Part shown: in pieces, positions 1-11,282 of the stretch
Position numbering within the stretch: position 1 is the stretch's first letter
Layout: each line of letters begins with the position of its first letter
Assembly: GCA_965649825.1 (NCBI GenBank)
Contig: OZ287696.1
Coordinates: forward strand, 1,336,081-1,400,080
Length of the DNA stretch: 64,000 nucleotides
Reading direction: 5' to 3'
From: Penicillus capitatus
Taxonomy: Eukaryota > Plantae > Chlorophyta
The notes under the pieces: model-generated
Told to the model about the DNA's origin: nothing
Seen by the model: the letters and a program-made list of their open reading frames with translations, nothing else
Database searches by the model: none
Position numbers and translations under genes: made by a program

Positions 1-1064
1 GTCAGAAAGTTGAGAACGCGCCACAACAACGAGTGTAAGGAAGCGTTGACGATCACGTGATATCTTTTTATTAAAGGAAGGTAGTGTCCGACAAAGGGAC
101 TCCATTTGGCCTCTTTTGGCATCGCCGCACACATCTTTTCTGCCAGGGAAGACATCTGGCTGCCATAGATTTCAGTTTTTAGTCGATCGCATTTGTTTAA
201 AACCTGTCTGTCATAGCACGTGATTGGTGTACTTCTATTCTTGCCGCGGCATCACAACGAGATCCGGACCTCTCAACACTCATTCTTTTGAACTCCGCCG
301 CCTTGTTGTGCTGTTTGGCGAATGTGAGTCGTCAATGGCTTTGCATACAGACAAGAGTTCGTGCAGCTGGTGTAAAAAGCGACCGACTTCATTGGCTGCG
401 GCGATAGAGACTTACGAAAATCCAGCGCCATGCGCGAAACGAACTGAGACCACGTCTCCGTGTCCGTCTGGTTGTCTTAGAAGGCGTCTTCGGTTCTGCC
501 TTCCATATTCGAGGGAGTTAGTGCCACCGACAACCCCCAAAACCGACTTACGTTACACCGTCGCAAGCTCTCTCGACCGCGTTTGCGACGGAAACGACCG
601 AAACATACGGTCGCGATGACGAAGAGTGCTTGCTGCTTCTGCCAAGAAGAACGCCTGCCTCGTCTCCCTACTTAGGCGATGGCAAGCTGGCTCGAGTTGT
701 TCGCCGTTTGTAGATTCATGTTAAACCGCCACGAAACGCATGCGAGTTACACCTAGTGTTACACCTAGAGGAGAACATTCCGACAAACTGTGGACAGCTT
801 TACCTGTAAAATGCTATGCAAAGTTTCCGAAAACAGACTTCCGTTCGCGTTTCGTACTCCGACAACAGCGGACTGAGTTTCTGGACAACTGGCGGCCGGT
901 CATCTGTCCGGCGGCGCATGCAGGCGCCGCCCAAACGGCTACAGTTCCTACCCTCCGCACGCCAGCCGTGGGGCAGCAACCGACGCGGCCTACAAAGGTC
1001 CTGTCGCAGATCCTTCCGCGCTCGAGTTTCCGAGTTCTTGTTTCTTGCGAGCGACTGCGACGAG

Positions 1065-2375
1065 ATGGCCGACGCGCACATGGTGACTGAAGATGATTAT
1101 GGGTACCCCGGAAAACCGTAAGTCCTAGGGGCCACACTTGCACGCGCCGCACGCCACGGAGTCCCGTCTGCTGCCTGGACGCTTAAATGCACATGCATGC
1201 GTCCATCGGCAACTCCTGCGTTCGGGATCACGTGCTTCCGGGAATGCAGCCGCCATCCTGTTCTCGAAAAGACTTCTTACTTTTTTGTGTTCGTCTAGTT
1301 TCGCCCAGGTGACGCTGCAGGAGGTCTTGGGCACTCAGCCACCCAGGGCCTTCCGGGGGATGGAGAAGGCCGAGCGTGAGCAGTTGTTCTGGGCTTTAAA
1401 AGCCCAGACAACTGCTCAGAGGGGCCAAGACCTGCTTCAGCAGCAGGCCCCTCCTGTTCGGTTTGGCCCCAATAGGGGCCAGACCGAACAGCCTCGGCCC
1501 CAACGGCGAGCGAGGGTCCTCTCCGCTCAGGAGAGGAGGGAACGACTGGCCCAAGAGGGCCAGTCGTCCACGAACAACGGAGGGGGAGAGGTAAGCATCT
1601 CAACAACAAATGACATTCACTCAAGAGGTTTGTTTTTGTAGGCACAAGCACCACTACCTCCATGCAATCCCCTTCCGGCCTCGCAGCCACCATCCTCCCA
1701 GCAGCCGCCTGTCCAGCCTCCCCCGTCTTGCCACTCGCAGTCCTCCCAGCCTCCGGTCCAGCATCCTTCTCTTTCCCAGCAGCCAACTCAGCCACTCCAC
1801 CGCCAGCCGCCATCCTTCACATTACCGCAACACCCGCAGCCTCCATCTCAGCCAGCCTCCCAGCCTTCCTCGCAGTCTCCGTCTTCCATGCAATGGTCAC
1901 CATCTCCTTGTCCGCAGCCCATCCTTTCCCCTGCCTCTCCACAGCCCGTCCAGGCACCTCCCTCCGAGTCTTCTTCTATGCAATGGTCCCATTCTCCCCC
2001 TCCGCAGCATATCCAATCTCCTCTCTTTCCTGCACGACCACATGTATTTTGCATCCCGGCATCTCCTCCTCCTCTCATTCCCTCTCGGCCTTTTCTCCTC
2101 TCCCTCCCTTCTCGACCACCTGCTTTCCCCAAACGGACCTCACTCTATTCCCTTACCAGCCCACCAGTTATCCCGCCTCGTCCGTTCATCTTTTCGGTCG
2201 GTCACCTTGGTATCCCTCCCCGTCCCTACTTCCTTTCCGGTCAATGCATTTCCCTCAGTCCGCCAGTCATCCCGGAACGCCTCTTCTTCATGTCCGGCGA
2301 GTGTGTAAGCAAATCTCTTTTTTCGCTCTCTCTCTCTTATGTTATGTTTTTATGTAGATGATCATCCGAGATTAA
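1065..2375 (+). CDS. Orphan Pro/Gln/Ser-rich low-complexity protein, four exons (1065-1117, 1299-1590, 1642-2304, 2358-2375), ~341 aa
   Basis: Three GTAAG...AG introns join the exons in one open frame from ATG 1065 to TAA 2375. The C-terminal part has repeated IP(P/S/E)R(P/L)(F/Y) motifs. No family recognised. Confidence 0.6.
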
Positions 2376-2472
2376 GATTAGTAGTGGTTTCGTGTCTCTG
2401 AGCTTTTTTTGGCTTTTTTCTTTGGGGGACTGAAAAATACAAAAACAACAAAAATTTTTATTTTCCTTCCAC

Positions 2473-2598
2473 ACATCTCACACTTTTTGTTGTGAGATGT
2501 TTAGAAAAAAATAAATAAATAAACAAAGTCACACTCTGAAAAGTGTGACAAAAATTAAAAAAAAAATAAAAATGTCACACACACTCTAAAGTGTGACA
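2473..2598. repeat. Three hairpins with TCACA...TGTGA arms in an AT-rich tract
   Basis: Perfect stems: acatctcaca/tgtgagatgt (2473-2500), gtcacact/agtgtgac (2528-2549), tgtcacac/gtgtgaca (2573-2598). Confidence 0.85.
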
Positions 2599-2738
2599 AA
2601 AAATTAGAAAAAAACAAAAAGATCTTATGGCTGTTTTCTGTTTTGTATTGTTTTTTGCCATCCACCTTCGCTTTGTTGTGGTCGGCCGTGTCTTGGCTGT
2701 TTTTATACAGAGGCTGTATGGTTGTTTAGTCTGCTGCA

Positions 2739-2843
2739 TGGAGGCTGTTGTGGTCGGATCTTACCGTGGCTGGAGGCTGTTGTGGTCGGATCTTACCGTG
2801 GCTGGAGGCTGTTGTGGTCGGATCTTACCGTGGCTGGAGGCTG
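2739..2843. repeat. 32-bp tandem repeat, 3 exact copies plus degenerate flanking copies
   Basis: Unit tggaggctgttgtggtcggatcttaccgtggc starts at 2739, 2771 and 2803, with no spacers. Confidence 0.95.
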
Positions 2844-3199
2844 ACATTGTCCATTATGTTATTTTGCTGCAAGAGGGCTGTATGGTTTAATCTGATCTTT
2901 TGTTGTTTTGGAGCTGCTGGAGGCTTGTGTGCTATACCGTGGACGGAGGTTGACATTGTCCTACTTGCTATCTTACCTTTGCTGGAGGCTGTCATAGTTA
3001 CATCTAATGTTTTGCTCTTCTGAGGCTGTTATCGTCTAATTCACTGTTTTGCTACCTGGCTTTGTCATTGTCCGATATGCGATCTTTGCTCTTTTGAAGC
3101 TGTCGTCCTTTTCTTTTCTTTTCTGTTCTGCTGCGTCGATGGAGGCCATGCTTACTCGTCCTGGAGTACAATGAAGAATTTTGGAAAGCAACTTTGTGC

Positions 3200-3972
3200 C
3201 AAAGGCTACATGGATCGATAATCCTTAATCTCCTGGAAATAGAAAACAAAATCACTTCGTTCGGCATGTGCTAAGATGAAGCAGTCCATTTCGCCGGAGT
3301 CTGAATTCATCAGAGAAGCATCCCTTCAACGGAACCAACCCGCAGACTTTCAGCATCGAGGGTATTAACTCATCAGCTAACGGAGGAATTGGATTGTCCT
3401 GAAAAGTGGTGTTCGCGACAACAAGCATTGTGTCCGTTCCAAGATGTCACACCTTTCCAGACTCTTATGTGTGACAAACATGAAAAATGCTCATGCTCTT
3501 TCTTGATCATCTGGAGAGCATGTCCAAGAAGTCTTTCTAAGCCATCCTTGATCTTCCCAGAGAGTGACAATGACATACCTATCTGTCCGAAGTGTGCCAT
3601 GATGTAGTCAATCTCGCCGAAGCGTCGGAAGTCTGGCATCAAGTGTGGAGGCATCCAGCTGAGGGCAAAGATCATCGTTCCTTGGACATCCATGGCATTC
3701 AGCTCGTATTGGAAGAACTGGATTGTCTCGAGTGATCTTTGCAGGAAGAAGCTTCTTTGCTGGCTTGAAGATATCCCATCTCTCAGAAACCCGTTGTGTT
3801 GTCTGGCACGAAATCTGTTTTCGAACGAGTATAGAAAGCATTTCTGGACCAGTCTGGTGTGAGTCATCCTGGATCCTGTCAGAAAACGCAATCTAGCAAG
3901 CCGTCTGTCTATGAGAGTACAGATGCAGTTGATCTTACCGGAGCATAAGGGATCCATCCAGTTGCTGCACAT
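3200..3972 (-). pseudogene. Decayed Mutator-like (MULE/FAR1-type) DDE transposase remnant
   Basis: Collinear motifs across small frameshifts: FFQYELNAMDVQGTMIFALSW, DFRRFGEI, (shifted) HGTLRTDRY, LLGHAL..EHEHF. These match the MULE pattern FFY..D..G...FW....FGDV..DTTY.TNKY...LFGCAL..E..SF as recalled from memory. The first catalytic Asp position reads His. Confidence 0.5.
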
Positions 3973-6132
3973 GAGAATTCATTCAAGGCAACGAGCTCAA
4001 TTTCTTCTGTACTACGGGCATTCAACACCCAGCAGAAAAGTGAACAAATAGCCTTTAAGAGCGATCTCTACAAGAGAAGGCATTCGCGAGTCTGGAGATG
4101 CCACACCTGTCCAAAACCCAAGGTGCGTCGACTGGTAGGCAGAGTTCTTTTCGTCCGCGTCTGGAAGCACATCTCAAAGAACCTGGATGAAATGACAACA
4201 ACCCTTTGTACAACAGGTAAGCTCATCCCAAGGAGTGCCATGGTTGAGTGATGTTCCAAGCACTTTCGATGATAAGGTTGCTGCCGAGGAGATGGTCAGT
4301 CCTCTGCAAAGACATGATAAGAGCCAATCAAGCATCCAAATAAAGTCACTGCTTATGGTGACACTCTCTCTGGGTATGTCGAATTTCGCAATGGTACATC
4401 CACCAAACATGTGGATGGGATCTACAGCACCCAGTTGCCCATGTTCGACCTCACACAAAAACTCAAGCTGATGAGGTCACGTGTTCGACCTCCTAGTAGA
4501 AATTCAAGCTCGATGAGGTCACACCTGAAGCCATTGCACTGGTTTGACCATGTTCTGCTAGGTAGTGGAAGAATGTCCGATGGAAAGCGATGCATCACTT
4601 TGCATTGAAAGGAAGTGAGGAGTCCCGATCCAGTCGAAGCTTCGCCGGATGACAACGCGTCGTTCACTGGACGACATACAGTCTGTAACGGATAAGACTT
4701 CTTCCCTCCCCTGACTACCAAAACCACGCACTGGAAGGGAAGGCCAGTTCAGAAAGCGAGCTGCCAATGGAAGCAATTGTGCACCGAAGCTGCTCCAATC
4801 AAAAGTCAGCTTTGTTCCCGCTTCAGAAATCAAGAGTCCCACTCAAAGGATACAATCAAAAGTAAGCCTTTCCTTGAAACCTCTCCTCTCTAAACGATGT
4901 CACAGACCGCAGAAATGAGACGAGTCATTCACTCTCTACGGAGAAACGCGTCCCGGCAGCCATGCTGGATGAGGAGCCCCAGTCTGGAATCCAATCATCC
5001 ACGGATCCGGAAATTCTTCTCTAAACAAGGCTGCACCGATAGCATTAGAAGCCAGTGGCAACTGCGGACCAGAAAGACAGCGACTAGAAGCCTGCCTAAG
5101 TTCGCTACAGGACGAAAAACATCGTCAACGTGCTTCTTAGTGGCACCATTGACTCGTGCTTAGTCAAAACGTTCACACTGCCCACTTCTGTCATCGACAT
5201 TTCCGACAGACCTTATTTCCTAAATCACCTGGTCATAAGTAAGGCTGCCTATTCTTGTTCTTGTTTTGATATGCGATCGAATGATAGACTCGGGATGGGA
5301 AACCGGTTGAGCACTAAGAGAATCCGATCTTCGTGGCGGCAACCAGCAACCATCAGCATTAAGCATGGAGCATCAGCACATCAAAATCCCAGGCACCAGA
5401 GCATCGCATCCGCACGTCAACGATGCGCCGCCACTCCCACCCCGAGGCTGCGGCGTCGACCACACTTCGCGGCACCAGCGGGTAGGGCCTTGGCGACCTG
5501 CCCGCCTTTCGGGGTCGCGCACATGGGGCAGGCGAGTGTATACTGCCGGTGAACGGCGGTGGTGTGCTGCTCTCAGGCACCCAGGACCGTCTTCTCTTTT
5601 TTGTTTCTTTCCTCCCTCCTGGGTGTCCTCTTGTTGTCTCCCCCTGTGTTTTTGTTATCCTTGCTTTCTTGTGTTTTCCTTCCTCCCTTTTCCTGCTTGC
5701 CTGTTCCCTATTTTCCTTATGTGTTTCCTTTACTTCTCTTTTTCCTGCCTATTTGCCTTCTTGCATGTGTCAGTTCTTCTGTGTTTACTGTTCACCTGTC
5801 GTTTTATGCTTGTGTTTACTCGGGTCCCTTTTCCTTCTTTCGTGTCATAGACCCCTTTTCTGTCCGCGCTGCGCGTCGCTGTATCGAGAGTAGCGCACCT
5901 ACCTCCTAGTAGTCGATCATCAGGTGCATTTCGTTCTCCTCGCGCACTCTGACTGGAATCGGTGTCAGAGCTCGTTCGGGGTGACCTCCCGCGCCGCACT
6001 GCGAGGCGCCGCTCGCCGACCGTAAGTCATCCTTTTGCAGAATCATACTCTCTAACTCTTTGTTTGCAGACTTAGTGGCGGGGTGGGCATTTCTTCGTCT
6101 TTGCACCACCATCTAATACTTTTTACTAGATA

Positions 6133-6252
6133 TCACACTTTTCGAAGAAGTGACATTTTACAACTTTCCTTGAAACACCATTTCAACATTTTTTGCTGTG
6201 CAACACTTTTCTAACATTTTTGACTGAACATTACACTTTCCAAAAGAGTGAC
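6133..6252. repeat. Two degenerate copies of the 2.5 kb hairpin motif, in inverted orientation
   Basis: On the minus strand they read tgtcacttcttcgaaaagtgtga and tgtcactcttttggaaagtgtaa, resembling gtcacactctgaaaagtgtga at 2528. Confidence 0.55.
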
Positions 6253-6562
6253 ATTTCACAAACTTCTTTGAAATGCCATTGCAACGCGTTTCACTGGACC
6301 AAGAATGACTTTTACAACCATTGTTTAAAGTTGATCTCCATTCTTGTTACGTTGCATGCGCTGGTTCCACGATGGAATGCCGAGGCATCGATACCTACCT
6401 GACGACTGCGAAAGGTGTGGTAGGACGCCTTTCGTCGTCAAGTGTGTCGCCATCAGCTGGACGAGGACGTCTGGAATCCACAGATCTCTTCTTCGTTGCA
6501 TCTGTTTTCGCCACCAGACAAGGACGACGCTCACTCCGAGTAGGCGCCATCGACCTAGGTTC

Positions 6563-7430
6563 CTAACTCGCCAAGAACGTTGCGCCGTGTAACCGCGGAC
6601 ACTTTCTCGGCTCTTCATGTATCGGACTGTTGCTGTCTGCTAATCCTGTCGTGCCACGCTTCTGTCCGAGACGGTAGCACTCGAGTGCCGGGTCTCTGTG
6701 CAGTGCCTGAGGTCTCGGAAAAACGTTGCATACAGTGTCGTCGACGATACGTGCTCGCGGAGAGAAGTGAACCACTCACAGTACAAGACCTCTTAAAAGC
6801 CTTTCCCGCTCGGCAAATAACATCTCCCGAGACATAACGATAGGTGCATATCTTGAGAGAACAAAGACGGTGCCATTATCTGCATAGGTGATGCTGCCGA
6901 CCGATGCATCGTTCGCAAGTGCTAGTCGACAGGGATCAACCACAACAAGAGCGCATTTGGCGGAATCCGTCGACGAGGGAAGTGGCGTGTTTGAGTGATC
7001 GAGACATAGAAAGTCAGCGGAACGAAGGATGAAAACAGGTCAATGCTTCCGCCACGACACTGGCCTCCTTTTTCGAAAGTTCCTTCAGAAGCGATGCGCA
7101 TAGCAGTGCAGACGATCTGTATGTTTTCAGCGCCAACTTCGCAATCGGGCATGTATTTAACGTGATTCTGTAAGCCTTTAGGATGAGGCAGACGAAGAGC
7201 AGCGGCCAAACAAGAATCCGACGTCACGAGCGATGTCGCTTACCTCCGTGGCACAAAACATACAACGGTGAACTTTCAGAAATCGAAGCGTAGGGGTCGC
7301 AGTAGAGATCTTCTACGGCGTATCGAAATCTATTCGAGTTATCCTTAGGGATGGATGTGACGTGGGTGCAAGTGGAATGAAAGGCTAAGATGACGGGCCA
7401 TGTCTCACATCTGGTCGCCACCGTGGGCAA
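6563..7430 (-). CDS. Probable multi-exon gene of unknown function, boundaries uncertain
   Basis: Protein-like exon blocks (SPLYVLCHGG; AKCALVVVDPCRLALA; YAPIVMSREMLFAERERLLRGL) are separated by GT..AG segments. No family recognised. Confidence 0.3.
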
Positions 7431-7489
7431 TTCTCCTGTGCATTTACATTCTCTTTATCGCGTTGGATATTTCGCTTGTCGTCGATTCG

Positions 7490-9045
7490 ATGAAACGAAC
7501 ATCGAGCTGCGGACGTTTTTTCGAACAGGTCCGCGACGGCGACAAGAAAATCGTCGTCATCAAGATCGGCACGTCTAGTCTCATGAACCCTACTGGCGGC
7601 ACTTTAGCCATCAGCAACCTGGCACGCATCTGCGAAATGGTCAAATCCCTCAAAGAATCGCGTAGGGCACCATCCCATTCTCTGTCCTTATCAAAGAGCG
7701 TGCTTTCAGGCTGCATCGTGCTTTTGGTCTCGAGTGGTGCCATTGGTGTCGGCTGTCAGCAATTGCATCTGACGGCGCGTCCCTCTGCCATTGGACAGAA
7801 GCAAGCATGCGCAGCAATTGGACAACTGCATCTCATGCGTTACTATTCGGATTTCTTTTCCTCTTTGGGAATGGTCTGTCTCCCTTGGCATCACGCGATG
7901 GTTCAGTAATATGCAATGCGTAGAAATGTGGACAAGTGCTGTTGACGGGGGCGACGTTTACCAATCAAGCACAATACCTCAACGCACGCAATACCTTTCT
8001 TGAGCTAGCGGCTTACGATATCGTCCCTATCATCAATGAAAACGTTGTCTAGTACCACAGAATCTCCCTATTCCGCATACAGATGTGCATATACATAGGA
8101 TACCGTCGCCATTGAAGAAATCAAAATTGGAGACAACGATAACCTGTCAGCCAGAGTGACTCCCTCCGTGAAACCGTGTAGATATGGATGGATACCTGTG
8201 TGTAGGTGGCGATCATGTGTGAGGCCGATTGGCTGGTGATGTGCACAGATGTGGACTGTCTCTACACATCCAATCCCAGAGTAACGGACCTGATACACCC
8301 TCCCGTTGATGGAATGGTGTGTCGCAGGTTCATAGCGATGCCAAGCCGATACATGAAGTGCATGACCTGAGTCAGCTCGATGTCGATACTGGGACAAATG
8401 GAACGCAATGGGGAACAGGAGGCATGCAGACGAAGCTCACAGCAGCACGACTGGCCACCGCCGCCGGATGCAACGCCGTGCGTACATGCACTTAGTCGGG
8501 TGCATAGAGATAACGATCGCTCCCTGCTTTAGGCCATTTGCAATGCGGCACAGCCGGAGAGAATTCTGAATCTGATCAATGGCGAAAGGATCGGAACAAA
8601 GTTCTACAGTCAGAAACCGGAAAGAGGCAGAAAACGGTGGATTCTGAGTGTGCCAGTCCGAGGTGCCATTCACGTGGACAACGGTGCCATGACTGCTGTT
8701 ATGCAGCACCATGCATCCCTCTTTGCTGCTGGCATTGTCAAAGTGACAGGCGACTTCGGCCAACTCGTACTTTCCACCCCCCCACCCTTCCTCTGCCGAA
8801 ATCGTCGTCTAGGATGCGGTCTCCCTATGCAGCCCTAATGGAGAAGAGTTTGCTCGCGGCCTCGTCAATTACTCTCACTCAGTGAGACCTCCTCCGCCCT
8901 GCTGAGCAGTGGAGTAATAGAACCTGTGCAGGAATTGAAGCAGGTGATAGGAAGGAACAGTGCGAGCTTCGTTGATGTTTTAGATGGCTACAGTGCTGAG
9001 GAAATGGTCCATCGCAACAATCTCTGTCTCCTCTATCAAACGTAG
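7490..9045 (+). CDS. proB: Glutamate 5-kinase with C-terminal PUA domain (multi-exon)
   Basis: VVIKIGTSSL, LLVSSGAIGVG, QACAAIGQ, spliced NENDT..EEIKIGDNDNLSA, WGTGGMQTKL, and terminal EEMVHRNNL. Confidence 0.93.
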
Positions 9046-9280
9046 CCCCTCCTCTTCCTCTCTCTCTGTTTTTACTTCTGTGCTGCAGCCTGGACGAAGA
9101 AGACAATGAATGAAGCCTTCTTTTTTTCTGTTTTCTTCGAACCCGACTCGTTCATTCCAATATTGGACTTCACTTACTCCTAACGTATGTTTCGCCCCAT
9201 GTGTGATCTGATAGGGCTTCTGTAAAACGGGAAGTCCCTCTCTCTTTTCACTCTGCTCCTTCCCTTGCCCACAACGGATT

Positions 9281-10199
9281 TCATTGGATGCTCTGTCTGA
9301 GCGAAGAAATGGCTTGAACTGCTGCGGCTTCGATTCCGTGGGATCGGTTGGCAAAACACGCAGGCAGGTCAACATCACGCGGATTGATTCGGATGAGGAA
9401 TGCTTCTGGACAGAGATAGAGCAGATGCTCGCTCATCTGTCGAATCGTCGGCACTGCCAATCCTGCCCCTATACAATCAACAGTCTTTATGAAGTGTCAC
9501 ATCACATGGTTGGACACACCGATTTCGATCACCATCAGTGGCACGGCGTTCTCGCGAATTCTCTTGACGAATGCATCAAACCTCATACTCTACATCCTCA
9601 ACATCTAGATCTCCACTGACATACACTACCTGTTGATCGCAGCGTTCACTTAGAAAGCCGTAATCACCAAACATGAGAATGTTTGGCCGGGCGATGGCTT
9701 GGCAGACGGGACAATGTGGGAGAGGACTTCGAGCACGAAACGTCACATCATCGACGGCCACATGATCCTTAGCTTCCCAGTACGTTTTGCAGCTGCCTCG
9801 GCGACACTGCCAGTAATGTATACTGCCGTGCACCTCGAAAAGACGTTCCTCATCATAACCCGCTTTCTGAAACTGCCCATCCACGTTGCTCGTCACAACA
9901 AAGTATCCCTCTGGCTTCGCCTGCGCCATCTCGAGCAATTCTCCGAATCCTCGATGCGGCGATGTCTGACGATACAGGTGATAGCGATGGCCAAAGAACC
10001 CCCAAGCAAACGCAGGATCCGTATCGAACCATTCAGGCGTGCTCACTTGTGGCAGCGTCAACCCGCGTTGTCGAAACGGCGGATACGCACGCCAGAATCC
10101 TTCAACGCCACGAAAATCCGGCAAGCCAGAATCGACCCCCATTCCAGCCCCTGTGGTGATGATCATCGCTCGAGCACGTTTCAAAGCGACGCGCCACAT
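9281..10199 (-). CDS. Sirtuin (SIR2 family NAD-dependent deacylase), bacterial-like subtype, 2 introns
   Basis: GAGMGVDSGLPDFRG, GFWRAYP, TSNVDGQF, EVHGS, Zn-ribbon C..SC...CPVC, ARPNILMFGD, and spliced VIEIGAGLAVPTIR. Confidence 0.93.
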
Positions 10200-10240
10200 G
10201 ACGTCGTCGTACCATTCTTCGATTTGTCGTTTGCGTCAAG

Positions 10241-10735
10241 ATGAGTATGGCACCGCGTATGGGCAACAGCTTGAAGTATGTCGTCTCCAAAGTCGATCAG
10301 TTGGTGAACTGGGCGCGAAAGGGCTCCATGTGGCCCGTCACGTTTGGCCTGGCGTGCTGCGCCGTCGAAATGATGCAGGCCGGGGCGTCGCGTTACGACT
10401 TCGACCGCTTCGGCATTATCTTCCGCCCGTCGCCGCGTCAGTCCGACGTGATGATCGTCGCCGGGACGCTGACGAACAAAATGGCACCGGCGTTGCGCAA
10501 GATCTACGACCAGATGCCAGACCCGAAGTGGGTGGTCAGTATGGGAAGCTGTGCGAACGGAGGTGGATACTACCACTACTCCTATGCCGTTGTTCGTGGA
10601 TGTGATCGCATTGTCCCAGTGGATGTCTATGTGCCTGGATGCCCTCCCACAGCCGAAGCTTTGCTCTACGGTCTCCTTATGCTGCAGAAAAAAATTGGAC
10701 GCGGTGAAAGAACCACCGTTTTCTTTAATAAGTAG
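10241..10735 (+). CDS. NDUFS7: Mitochondrial complex I PSST subunit (NuoB homolog), intronless
   Basis: [48 protein letters not shown]. Confidence 0.97.
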   Translation: MSMAPRMGNSLKYVVSKVDQLVNWARKGSMWPVTFGLACCAVEMMQAGASRYDFDRFGIIFRPSPRQSDVMIVAGTLTNKMAPALRKIYDQMPDPKWVVSMGSCANGGGYYHYSYAVVRGCDRIVPVDVYVPGCPPTAEALLYGLLMLQKKIGRGERTTVFFNK

Positions 10736-10959
10736 AATGGCTGATTTCTGATGCCTGGACAAAACTGCTTGTCCTTGTCGATGTATTCATGGGTGACATG
10801 TCTGTAAACAAAAAGGTGTATGTGGGTGCGAGGTTCTGTGCATCGATATGATGTGACGTCTGCGAGGTCCCGCGAAAATGCAAAGCATTGCGCCGCCACG
10901 TCGAATCATCTTTCATCCCTCCTTTCCTTCTCGAGCGCAGACGATTTATCGGCGTCGCG

Positions 10960-11090
10960 ATGAGAGCCAAGGTGAACAGCTCCGTCACAATCTGACGCGG
11001 CCCATCATCACCTGTGTCTAACAGTGGAAGAAGAAGCGTATGCGTCGTCTTCAGAGAAAACGAAGAAAGATGCGGCAGAGATCCAAATAA
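10960..11090 (+). CDS. RPL41: Ribosomal protein L41 (eL41/eS32), 25 aa, intron 10972-11024
   Basis: The spliced sequence translates to MRAKWKKKRMRRLQRKRRKMRQRSK*. Too short for the ORF track. Confidence 0.97.
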
Positions 11091-11159
11091 GCGAACCCTC
11101 GTGCCTCTCTGAGGAGACATCGATGCTGTGCGTCCAGAAGATACGACACGTGATGATCT

Positions 11160-11164
11160 TGTAA
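11160..11164 (+). promoter_or_regulatory. Candidate chlorophyte poly(A) signal TGTAA downstream of RPL41
   Basis: TGTAA lies 70 nt after the stop. It also occurs at 10803 after PSST and at 44581 at the end of the OPR-like ORF. UGUAA is the established chlorophyte signal. Confidence 0.5.
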
Positions 11165-11282
11165 ACGCATGTATCGTCCGTCCGTCCCTTCTTGGGTGTA
11201 CACACTAAGTGTCTGTCTGTCTGTCCATGATTGAATACAAAAATTCTTAAATTCGCATAACGGGTCCAAAGCATAACGTTTC

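Noticed and set aside
1-700. ORF 224-619 and possible minus-strand exons
   Set aside because: No motif or consistent splice model could be supported.
2739-2843. 32-bp repeats as a CRISPR array
   Set aside because: The units are directly adjacent with no spacers, there are no cas genes, and the context is eukaryotic.
3389-5300. Cys-rich plus-strand ORFs as Fanzor/TnpB or KDZ transposase
   Set aside because: No RuvC or KDZ catalytic motifs could be placed. The minus-strand MULE reading explains the region better.
10181-10762. Long antisense or overlapping ORFs (e.g. 10181-10762, 11616-12092, 39660-40436, 53445-54560)
   Set aside because: They are shadow frames of recognisable genes and have no motifs of their own.
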